A stretch of 60,204 bases of DNA, filler included. It is 3 parts of 3 records of this genome, joined end to end, with 100 filler letters (N's around TTAATTAATTAA, not from the genome) between each part and the next. Parts side by side here need not be neighbours in the genome. Positions count along the whole stretch, not along the records: positions 1 to 16,252 come from SRR20825006_380; positions 16,353 to 46,557 come from SRR20825006_381; 1 more part is not named here. One strand, 5' to 3'. The stretch's first letter is position 1. Every line of letters begins with the position of its first letter. Both the position numbers and the translations under genes were made by a program. Shown piece after piece: positions 10,799-19,040 of the stretch. The notes under the pieces are model-generated. The model ran no database searches, was not told where the DNA came from, and saw nothing but the letters and a program-made list of their open reading frames with translations.

Positions 10799-10844
10799 AA
10801 TGGGCAGGTCCTTAACGGTAAGAAGGCAAGAAATCTTCAGCATC

Positions 10845-10863
10845 AATGATAATAATTATCATT
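10845..10863. promoter_or_regulatory. Fur box
   Basis: AATGATAAT-A-ATTATCATT, a perfect 9-1-9 palindrome matching the Fur consensus, about 45 nt upstream of the Fe3+-binding protein start. Confidence 0.9.
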
Positions 10864-10897
10864 TAATGACTCAAGTTATACTTGTCGGGGAAATGGG

Positions 10898-12121
10898 TCA
10901 GCGACGCGCCAGCCCCATCGCGCGAGCAACAATCTGGCGCTTGATAGGCACCGCTCGATCTAACCAACTCATGCCCGCATTTCTCAACAGGCGCAATGGC
11001 AGGGCTTGGCTGGCAAACAGATTTTGAAAGCCTTCCATCGCCGCCATCATCGCCAGGTTTTCACCCTTGCGTCGCCGTTGATAACGCGACAGCAGCAGCT
11101 CATCAGAGAGTGGCAGGCCGCGCGCCAAGGCACGCTGACATTCTTCGGCGAGAACCTCGGCATCGGCGAAGCCCAAATTAATTCCCTGCCCAGCCAGCGG
11201 GTGAATGGTGTGCGCGGCATCGCCAATAAGGGCGATACCCTGCTGAAAATAGCGCTGAGCGTGGCGCTGGCGCAGCGGGAAACGGACGCGCCGGCTGGCT
11301 GCATTGATACGCCCGAGCCGCCCTTCAAAATGCTGGGCCAGCGCCAGGCAAAAGGCGTCGTCATCCATCGCCATTAGCGTATCGGCCAGCTCGGGCTTTG
11401 CAGACCAGACGATTGAACTAAAGTTTTGCGCGCCATCGCGGTCGGGCAGAGGCAAAAATGCCAGCGGCCCCTCTGGCAGAAAACGCTGCCACGCCGTAGC
11501 GCGATGGGGCTTTTCGGTCTCCACGGTACACACAATCGCGTGGTGCTGATAATCCCACTCGCGGGTTTGAAAACCACCCCAGTCACGCAAACGCGAATTG
11601 GCGCCATCTGCGGCAACAATCAACGGCGCCTGTAATAGCCGCCCGTCATTTAACTGCAACTGCCCGTGATCACCACTTCGCACCCAGGCCGCAACAGGAC
11701 TGTTAAACAGCAGGCGCACGCGGCTGTCTCGCAAACGGTTGTGCAGCGCGGCGGTTACCAAGCGATTCTCGGCAATATGCCCCAGGGCCAACTCACCGAC
11801 CTCATCGGCCGAAAAATGAATTTCACCGGTGCCCTCAGCATCCCAAACAACCATTTCCTGATAGGGGCACACCCGCCTTTCTGCCACAGCAGACCACGCT
11901 CCCAGCCGCTGCAGGAAGCGACGCGACGCGTCAGTCAGCGCACTGACTCTGGCGTCATAGTCCATTACGGTTTCATCAAGCGGCGGCCACCCTTCGCGCT
12001 CTGGCTGGGCATCGATCACGACAATATCCAGCGGCTGGTCCGCCATCGCCAGCGCGAAGGCAGCACCGGCCAGCCCGGCACCGACCACAATAATGTCAAA
12101 TTTTTCCAGTCGGTCTGTCAC
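10898..12121 (-). CDS. ubiI: UbiH/UbiF/VisC family FAD-dependent ubiquinone hydroxylase (UbiI/VisC position)
   Basis: GAGLAG FAD motif, RVSAL, AADGANS, GDAAHTIHPLAGQGINLG; follows ubiH with an ATGA overlap. Confidence 0.82.
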   Translation of the reverse strand: MTDRLEKFDIIVVGAGLAGAAFALAMADQPLDIVVIDAQPEREGWPPLDETVMDYDARVSALTDASRRFLQRLGAWSAVAERRVCPYQEMVVWDAEGTGEIHFSADEVGELALGHIAENRLVTAALHNRLRDSRVRLLFNSPVAAWVRSGDHGQLQLNDGRLLQAPLIVAADGANSRLRDWGGFQTREWDYQHHAIVCTVETEKPHRATAWQRFLPEGPLAFLPLPDRDGAQNFSSIVWSAKPELADTLMAMDDDAFCLALAQHFEGRLGRINAASRRVRFPLRQRHAQRYFQQGIALIGDAAHTIHPLAGQGINLGFADAEVLAEECQRALARGLPLSDELLLSRYQRRRKGENLAMMAAMEGFQNLFASQALPLRLLRNAGMSWLDRAVPIKRQIVARAMGLARR

Positions 12122-13371
12122 AGCGGCAGCTCCATGTCTCGGCCTTTTATCACACCCGCAGCGCGCGCGGTAAAGCGCGACTTTATCGGCTTGCTGGCAT
12201 CGAGCATGACCAGCCCCATATTCCTCGCCAGGCTCAGTACAGGCTGACGGTTACTAAATAGTTTGGTTAAGCGGTCAGAGAACAAGGTCGTCACCTGCTG
12301 GTCGGTATGCTGACTGCGCAAATAGCCCTGCAAGACCGACAGCTCACCCGCACTGAGTCCCTGTGCAACCGCTGCGGCAACACGCTGGGCCAGCGCATCG
12401 GCGTCGCGCAGGGCGAGGTTAAAGCCCTGCCCTGCCACGGGGTGAAGTGAATGCGCAGCGTTGCCCATCACCACAATATTTCGCCGTACTTGTTCCTCAG
12501 CAAAACTGAGGCGAAGCGGGAAGGCCACGCGCTGCCCCACTTTTAGCAAGCGACCTAAACGGTGGCCAAACTGCTGCTGCAAGCGCGCCAGAAAGACCTC
12601 ATCAGTCCAATTCATCGCCGCGTCGGCGTCATCCTCGGGAAAGGTCCATACCAGGGCAGAGCGCGACTGACCTTGCTCGTCTGGCAATAGCGGCAACATC
12701 GCGATAGGCCCTTCGGCAGTGAAGCGCTCGTAGGCGGTTCCGCCATGCGGCAGCTCGGTGGCGATATTGGCGATCACGGCCGTTTGCGCATATTCATCAA
12801 CACGGCGATGAATCCCCAGGCGCTGGCACAGTCCCGAATCGGCCCCGTCGGCGATGACCAGCAAAGACGCGCTGCAGGATGTTTCCCCGCCCTCGGCTTG
12901 TAAATCCAGCTGCACTTTGGCGGCCATTGGCGTTACCGCCTCGACACTGGCCGGGGAGATAAACTGTACATTGGTATGACGCCGCAGATGGTTAAGCAGT
13001 ACATTGCCCAGCCACGCGTTCTCAATAACATAGCCCAGCGCGGGCCACTCCAGTTCACCGCAATGCATTAGCGCACTGCCAAAATGGCCGCGATCAGAAA
13101 CCTGGATATTCAGAATATCGGCAACGTGGTTCTCCAGCATCGACCAAAGCTCCAGGTTTTCAAAAATTTGTCGGCTGCCGTATGACAGCGCGGTGGACCT
13201 GGCATCAAAACTGGGCCGATAACTCGGCCCCGTGTCGCTGAGCGGAGGCAGGGGAAAGCTCTCAACCACGGCAATTTTTAACTGGCCCTGGCTGTGTTTG
13301 TGCAAGCTCAGGGCAAGGCTGGCGCCAACCATGCCGCCACCGGCAATCAGCACATCGTAGTCAACGTCCAT
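12118..13371 (-). CDS. ubiH: 2-octaprenyl-6-methoxyphenol hydroxylase
   Basis: GGGMVG, FDARSTALS, AYERFTAEGP, GNAAHSLHPVAGQGFNL; pepP-ubiH synteny. Confidence 0.92.
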   Translation of the reverse strand: MDVDYDVLIAGGGMVGASLALSLHKHSQGQLKIAVVESFPLPPLSDTGPSYRPSFDARSTALSYGSRQIFENLELWSMLENHVADILNIQVSDRGHFGSALMHCGELEWPALGYVIENAWLGNVLLNHLRRHTNVQFISPASVEAVTPMAAKVQLDLQAEGGETSCSASLLVIADGADSGLCQRLGIHRRVDEYAQTAVIANIATELPHGGTAYERFTAEGPIAMLPLLPDEQGQSRSALVWTFPEDDADAAMNWTDEVFLARLQQQFGHRLGRLLKVGQRVAFPLRLSFAEEQVRRNIVVMGNAAHSLHPVAGQGFNLALRDADALAQRVAAAVAQGLSAGELSVLQGYLRSQHTDQQVTTLFSDRLTKLFSNRQPVLSLARNMGLVMLDASKPIKSRFTARAAGVIKGRDMELPL

Positions 13372-14689
13372 CGCCCGCCTCCGCCATCAGGGCTTCGATG
13401 TCTTCAACCGACTTAGGCACTGACGCCGTCAGCACCTCACAGCCGGACTTACTCACCACCACATCGTCTTCAATACGAATGCCAATCCCGCGCCAACGCG
13501 GCTCGACGGCGTCGTTGTCGGGCGCAACATAAATACCCGGCTCGATGGTTAACACCATACCTTCTTCGAGCACCCGCCATTCGCCGCCGACCTTGTAATC
13601 ACCCACATCGTGCACATCCATACCGAGCCAATGCCCGGCCCGGTGCATATAAAATGGCTTATAGGCCTCGGTTTCTATCAGCTCAGACAAATCACCCGTT
13701 AACAGCCCGAGCCTCAACAGGCCTTCGGTAATCACCTTCACTGTCGCTTCATGTGGCTGATTCCAATGATTACCCGGCTGCGTGGCTTCTATTGCCGCCA
13801 ATTGCGCTTCCAGTACCACCTCGTAAAGGGCGCGCTGTTCATCATTGAAGCGGCCATTGGCCGGAAAAGTACGCGTGATATCCGCGGCGTAACCCTCGAG
13901 CTCACAACCCGCATCAATCAGCACCAACTCGCCATCGCGGATCACGCTGTTGTTCTCCACGTAATGCAAGATGCAGCCGTTTTTCCCCGCACCGACAATA
14001 CTGCTGTAGGCTGGGAAGCGCGCGCCGGCCATTGCAAATTCATGCTGAATTTCGGCTTCAAGCTGGTATTCATAAACCCCGGGGCGGCAGTAACGCATCG
14101 CTCGGCAGTGAGCCTTTGCAGAGATCTCGCCAGCGCGACGCATAATCCGCAATTCCGCCGCGCTCTTATACAAACGCATATCGTGGAGCAAGTGGTCGAG
14201 GTCGAGAAACTCGCCTGGTGGCTGGGCGCCGCTGCGCACTTTGGAGCGAATAACATTGACCCAGTTCATAACCTGCTGATCAAACTCTGCGTGCCGCCCC
14301 ATCGCATAGTAAACACGCTGTCGACCTTCGATTAGCCCGGGCAAAATATCGTCGATATCCGCAATGGGAAACGCATCATCGGCGCCATATTCCGCGCAGG
14401 CGCCCTCGGGGCCAGCGCGATAGCCGTCCCACAATTCCATGGCGGGGTCGCGCTCGCGGCAAAACAGAATGTATTCACCCTGCGGGCGCCCCGGCAACAA
14501 CACCAACACCGCCTCGGGCTCGTCGAATCCGCTCAGATAAAAGAAGTCGCTGTCCTGCCGAAAGGGGTAGTCGGAGTCTCGACTTCGCGTGCGCAACGAC
14601 GCCGACGGCACAATGGCAATGCTACCCGGCTCGAGCAGGGCCATTAAATTCTTACGGCGCCGCGCAAATTCCTGCTTACTGATGCTCAT
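13361..14689 (-). CDS. pepP: Xaa-Pro aminopeptidase
   Basis: Motifs FRQDSDFFYLSGF, LIDAGCE...YAADITRTFP, HWLGMDVHD, TIEPGIY, GIRIEDD. Confidence 0.97.
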   Translation of the reverse strand: MSISKQEFARRRKNLMALLEPGSIAIVPSASLRTRSRDSDYPFRQDSDFFYLSGFDEPEAVLVLLPGRPQGEYILFCRERDPAMELWDGYRAGPEGACAEYGADDAFPIADIDDILPGLIEGRQRVYYAMGRHAEFDQQVMNWVNVIRSKVRSGAQPPGEFLDLDHLLHDMRLYKSAAELRIMRRAGEISAKAHCRAMRYCRPGVYEYQLEAEIQHEFAMAGARFPAYSSIVGAGKNGCILHYVENNSVIRDGELVLIDAGCELEGYAADITRTFPANGRFNDEQRALYEVVLEAQLAAIEATQPGNHWNQPHEATVKVITEGLLRLGLLTGDLSELIETEAYKPFYMHRAGHWLGMDVHDVGDYKVGGEWRVLEEGMVLTIEPGIYVAPDNDAVEPRWRGIGIRIEDDVVVSKSGCEVLTASVPKSVEDIEALMAEAGDGR

Positions 14690-14761
14690 AGTGTCCCTGA
14701 TGTGTATGATCTTGAGGAGCTTATCACAGCTGTTTTTACGGGAAATTGATCTACTCGGTTG

Positions 14762-15349
14762 TCAGTGCAATCGCTCGCCCTTGGGCTTCTGCGTCGCCGG
14801 GGTGGCGGCGTTACACTCAAGAAAAATGGTCATCGCCACGACTCGCACATACTCGCAGATCTCCACGTAGTCTTGCTCGCCGTCTTCATCGTCGGCCTGA
14901 TCAGCAGAAATTTGCGCAATGGCCGCCAAGTCGCTCAATGCCTCGCGGCTCTCTTTAGACAGCGCATCCAAGGCATCACCCTCGCTCTGCCGCTGCTTTC
15001 CGGCCATCGCAAAGCCAGTGAGAAAACCCTGCACCCACTGACCGAGGCTGACAATGCGCTGCCCCAAATCCAGCTCGTCTCCCGGCAGCATTAACTGCAG
15101 TGCCAAGTCCTCACTGCCCAGCGCTTCCAGCGCGCTCTTATAAACGCCGAATAAGGCATCGGCATCGTCAGGGTTGGGCATCTCGATATCCAGCAGCTCC
15201 GTGCAGTGCTTTAGCCACGCCTGGCGCTCGACTCGACCGCCCACAGACAAAAAGCCAACGGCATAGCCGTGGAGCTCCGCCGGAGGCTGCAAAGCACCTA
15301 AATTAAGGAATAGATTAGCGAGATCATCGTGGTCAAACTCGTTAGACAT
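14762..15349 (-). CDS. UPF0149 family protein (YgfB-like)
   Basis: Motifs PAELHG, WVQGFLTGF, EALSDL, EICEYVRV; lies upstream of pepP and divergent from zapA; start at ATG 15349. Confidence 0.9.
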   Translation of the reverse strand: MSNEFDHDDLANLFLNLGALQPPAELHGYAVGFLSVGGRVERQAWLKHCTELLDIEMPNPDDADALFGVYKSALEALGSEDLALQLMLPGDELDLGQRIVSLGQWVQGFLTGFAMAGKQRQSEGDALDALSKESREALSDLAAIAQISADQADDEDGEQDYVEICEYVRVVAMTIFLECNAATPATQKPKGERLH

Positions 15350-15447
15350 TGCGCATTCCAAGGGCATCAAAGACTGGAGGCGCATGGTAGCGCTGATCCG
15401 CCGCAAAATCGAATACCCGCCGCGATTCACACCACCGCGTATAACCG

Positions 15448-15477
15448 TTGACCGAGCGCTGGCACCCACTCTACTAT
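15448..15477 (+). promoter_or_regulatory. Candidate sigma70 promoter for TIGR02449-zapA
   Basis: TTGACC-N18-TACTAT about 35 nt upstream of the 15513 start. Confidence 0.5.
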
Positions 15478-15512
15478 GACGACATCATTCCCGGCCGTGG
15501 AACTAGGCAATA

Positions 15513-15722
15513 ATGGACGATCGACAGCTGCAGGTTTTGGAACGAAAAGTCGATGAGCTCATCCAACTGTGCGAACAATTGGATGCAGAGAACCGCACTC
15601 TCAAATCCGAAACGCAAAACTGGAAGATTGAGCGCGAAGCGCTGATCGAAAAAACCGACACGGCCCGGGCAAAAGTCGACGCGATGATCCAGCGCCTGCG
15701 CGCATTGGAAAAAGAATGCTGA
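15513..15722 (+). CDS. TIGR02449 family coiled-coil protein (ZapB-like)
   Basis: 69-aa coiled coil LERKVDELI...KVDAMIQRLRALE directly upstream of zapA. Confidence 0.88.
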   Translation: MDDRQLQVLERKVDELIQLCEQLDAENRTLKSETQNWKIEREALIEKTDTARAKVDAMIQRLRALEKEC

Positions 15723-15753
15723 TGACTCGCCCCAGCCACATGGAGACGACAAG

Positions 15754-16062
15754 GTGAGTAAAGAAACGGTCATCGTTAAAATTCTCGACAAGGAATATCA
15801 GGTTGCCTGCCCGAGTGACGAGCAAACAGGCTTGCTGGAAGCGGCCCGCTACCTCGACCAGCAGATGCGCCAAATACGCAACTCCGGAAAAATTATTGGC
15901 CTGGAGCGCATCGCCGTGATGGCCGCACTAAATATTGCCTACGAGCTACGCGAAGCCAGCAAAAGCGGCGTCAGCACGGAGCAAGAGGCCACGGTAAGCA
16001 AGCGCATTACCGATAAAATTGACGACACCCTTAACCGCTGCCGCCAACTCGATATCGGCTAA
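15754..16062 (+). CDS. zapA: Cell division protein ZapA
   Basis: Motifs VKILDKEYQVACP, AARYLDQQM, ERIAVMAALNI; followed by 6S RNA. Confidence 0.95.
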   Translation: MSKETVIVKILDKEYQVACPSDEQTGLLEAARYLDQQMRQIRNSGKIIGLERIAVMAALNIAYELREASKSGVSTEQEATVSKRITDKIDDTLNRCRQLDIG

Positions 16063-16101
16063 CCACCCTGTTAAGCGCGTGGGCCTATCGGTATACTATG
16101 A

Positions 16102-16252
16102 ATTCCTGGGATATGCGCTAGGCCGTCAGACCCCTGAGCCGATGCTTTAAAACCCGGAGCGAACCAGCCAGTATTTGTGTGCATGTCCGCGTGACGGAAA
16201 GCCTAAAAATGCTGCGGTAAGTTCCACCTTGAACCGCTGGGTTCAAGGGCCA
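16102..16252 (+). ncRNA. ssrS: 6S RNA, 3'-truncated by the contig end
   Basis: Downstream of zapA with TATACT -10 at 16092-16097; contains gammaproteobacterial 6S segments CCCTGAGCCGAT, GTGTGCATGTCCGC..GACGGAAAGCCT and CCACCTTGAACC...GGTTCAAGGGC. Confidence 0.9.
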
Positions 16253-16352
16253 NNNNNNNNNNNNNNNNNNNNNNNNNNNNNNNNNNNNNNNNNNNNTTAA
16301 TTAATTAANNNNNNNNNNNNNNNNNNNNNNNNNNNNNNNNNNNNNNNNNNNN
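16253..16352. other. Artificial contig spacer (N44-TTAATTAATTAA-N44)
   Basis: Exactly 100 nt; the 12-mer puts stop codons in all six frames; flanks come from different bacterial classes. Confidence 0.98.
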
Positions 16353-17556
16353 CCACAATGGCATCATCCACCACGATGCCGAGCACCAGAAGGAAGGCGA
16401 AGGTTGAGAGCATGTTGATGGAAATGCCAAGCGCAGGCAAAAAGATGAATGCGCCAGCATAAGCTGTTGCGATACCCACAGATACCCAAAAAGCCACTTT
16501 GGGCCGCAGGGTGAGCATCAGCACGATCACCACCAGAATAAGACCATAGAAGGCGGAACCGCCAATGGTTTCCATCCGGCTTTGGAAGGCTTCGTTATTG
16601 TCTGTCCACAGCGTGAGTTTTGCACCTGTTGGCAGGCTGTCCTGACGCTTGGTAATCCACTCATTGATCGACTTGGACGCAGTTACAATGTCCATGCGTT
16701 CAGTTGACATAACCTGCAAAAGCACAGCCGGTTCGCCGTTAAGGGTTGCAAGGATTTCATTATCTTCAAAACCGTCAACCACTGTTGCGACGTCACCCAC
16801 TCGAATGGTGGCGCCGTCTGCGGTCTGGCGAACGACAATATCGGCAAAGTCTTCCTGAGTGTCGGCAAGGTTACGTGCTGTGATCTGGTATTCGCCAGCC
16901 TCAGTGCGAACAGAACCGCTTGAAGTGTTCAGGGAGTTGGTGCGGATAACACTTGCAACGTCAGCAAAGCTCAGGTTGTAGCGACGCAGCGATTCCTCTG
17001 AAACTTCGATGGAGACTTCCTCGCGGCGTACACCAAACAGTTCCACAATGGAAACCGCTTCAAGCTGTGCGGCTTCGCGGCGAAGCTTCTCAGCCAGCCG
17101 TTTCAGTTCACGCTCACCAAGATCACCATGAACAGCGATACGGATAAATTCATCCCGGTTAACCCATTGTTGGACCCGGGGTGGTTCGATATCGCTTGGG
17201 AAGCTTGAGATAGAATCAACGCGGATTTTCACGTCGTTCATGAATTGGGTGAAATCTACGCTTTGTTCGGCCAGAATATAAACCTGCCCGCCACCCTCAC
17301 CCGAGGAGGAGCGTACCCACTCGATGTTATCAAGGTCACGAACCGATTCCTCGATTCGCGCGACGATTTGTTCCTCCACTTCCTGTGGGCCAGCACCGGG
17401 CCAGCTTACGGAAATTTCAAGGCCAGGAAAACGAACCTGTGGGTCCATCTCCCGTTCCATGGATGAGAAACCTGCTATACCGGCCAGAAAGATACCAACC
17501 ATCAGCAGGTTGGCAGCAACAGAATTGCGTGCCCACCATTCGATCAACTTATTCAT
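16353..17556 (-). CDS. RND efflux transporter permease, N-terminal part only (truncated by contig start)
   Basis: Motifs WWARNSVAANLLM, WPGAGPQEVEEQI, LVLGIVVDDAIV (TM4 Asp pair). Confidence 0.93.
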
Positions 17557-17567
17557 GATTGCCTCCC

Positions 17568-18761
17568 CTAGCGCGAAGCGCTGTCAAGATCGTTCCGGGC
17601 GCTGCGGGTAATCGGCACTGCGGCCATTCCGTCATGCGCGCCCCGTACTGGCGAGGTTACGACCTGTTCGCCAGGCTCGACACCTGATGTCACCATAACA
17701 TGCTCAGCAGACGTGGACAGAACATTGACCGTACGGATCTGAAGCTTGTCATCAGCAATGACATAAACCTTGTCTTCGCTTCTGAGGGCGTCGCGTGGCA
17801 TAACCAGCGCCTGTTGTGGCACAACACCCTCAATTTCTGCTGAGACAAACAGACCAACAGCTAAAGGCATGCCATGATCAGCCGCCATGCCGTATGGGTC
17901 TTCAACTTCAGCAACAGCATACATCAGGCGGGTTTGTTTATCCACCGACGCATGGGTGCGGACAATGCGGCCCTGCCATATATGTTCTTCACCACCAAGG
18001 CTGGCACGAAGCGCAACTTTCGGCGCATTGCCGTTTGCGGCAACAAAACCGATAGGGAGGTTAAGTTCCGTCAGTTGACGGTCGGTCAAGGGCAGGCGTA
18101 CTTCAACTTTATCCGTTGCAAACACGCGGCCAAGCTTGGCGCCAACATTGACATATTGGCCAATACCCGCAGTACGCTCAAGGACACGGCCTTTGAACGG
18201 TACCTTGATCTGGGTACGGGAAAGATTGAGTTTGGCGTTGTCGAGATCAGCTTCTGCAGCGCGCAGTTTAGCTTGAGCCTCGGCAACCTGTGGCTGATTG
18301 AGGGCAAGCGGCGTTGGCTCGCCGTCCTTCACCCAGTCCTGCCACTGTTTACGTTTGATGCGGGCGTCAGCCAGTTCCTGCTCAAGCTTCACTTTCGCTT
18401 CGGCAAGGCGGGCTTCTGCGCTCGTCACAGTAAGCTGGTAATCTGCATCTTCAATCTGGATCAGCGCCTCACCCGGGTTGAACCCGGCGCCTTCAGCAAA
18501 AGAATCGGAGATTGAGACAATGCGGCCAGAAACCTGTGGCACAAGGTCAATCTCAGTTTTGGGGCGAACTTCGCCTTGTGTCCTGACAGAAAGCCGAACG
18601 TTTTCCGACCGTACCTCATCCACATAAAGGGATACTGGGCGCGGTGCTTCTTCTTTTTTTTCAGGGGCATCTTTGGCGGCGCTGAGTGCCATAACGGACC
18701 CAACCCCAGCCGTCAGCACCAGTATAGGTGCGACAAACTTAAGTATTTTCCTCACTGTCAT
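17568..18761 (-). CDS. RND efflux periplasmic adaptor (membrane fusion protein)
   Basis: N-terminal membrane anchor; PQVSGRI lipoyl-like half, alpha-hairpin, IKVPFKGRV, GVEPGEQVV; upstream of the RND permease. Confidence 0.93.
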   Translation of the reverse strand: MTVRKILKFVAPILVLTAGVGSVMALSAAKDAPEKKEEAPRPVSLYVDEVRSENVRLSVRTQGEVRPKTEIDLVPQVSGRIVSISDSFAEGAGFNPGEALIQIEDADYQLTVTSAEARLAEAKVKLEQELADARIKRKQWQDWVKDGEPTPLALNQPQVAEAQAKLRAAEADLDNAKLNLSRTQIKVPFKGRVLERTAGIGQYVNVGAKLGRVFATDKVEVRLPLTDRQLTELNLPIGFVAANGNAPKVALRASLGGEEHIWQGRIVRTHASVDKQTRLMYAVAEVEDPYGMAADHGMPLAVGLFVSAEIEGVVPQQALVMPRDALRSEDKVYVIADDKLQIRTVNVLSTSAEHVMVTSGVEPGEQVVTSPVRGAHDGMAAVPITRSARNDLDSASR

Positions 18762-18776
18762 CCTCGCGTTCGTTAT

Positions 18777-18816
18777 GTGGCTTATGCCACTTTTTAGCGT
18801 GGCTTATGCCACTTTT
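18777..18816. repeat. Two copies of 18-bp GTGGCTTATGCCACTTTT (period 22 bp), each self-palindromic
   Basis: Copies at 18777-18794 and 18799-18816; core GTGGC-TTAT-GCCAC. Confidence 0.85.
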
Positions 18817-18819
18817 ACT

Positions 18820-18851
18820 TATAGGTAAACCTATATATCAAGTCTATATAG
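18820..18851. promoter_or_regulatory. Two overlapping AT-rich palindromes; candidate repressor operators
   Basis: TATAGGT-AA-ACCTATA (18820-18835) and CTATATA-N7-TATATAG (18831-18851) upstream of the RND operon. Confidence 0.55.
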
Positions 18852-19040
18852 TTGTCACGATTTTATTTTAAAGAGGCCGGGGGCTTAGTGAGCTCCAATA
18901 AACCAACGATATAGCGTTTTTATAGGGCCTGCCATATTGTTTCGGCATTGCTTTTTCCTTGCGTGATCCTATGATTTCAGCGACTTGTTGGGTGCTGGGG
19001 CATAATCGGGGAAATAGTCTTGCGTAGAGGGGGCCAATCA

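Noticed and set aside
16297-16352. C-terminal 'XXXX-LIN-stop' of the RND ORF and the TTAATTAATTAA palindrome
   Set aside because: Artificial linker; the RND gene is cut by the contig edge and is not a pseudogene
18777-18816. Possible mini-CRISPR array
   Set aside because: Only two 18-bp units separated by 4 nt, with no spacers and no cas genes
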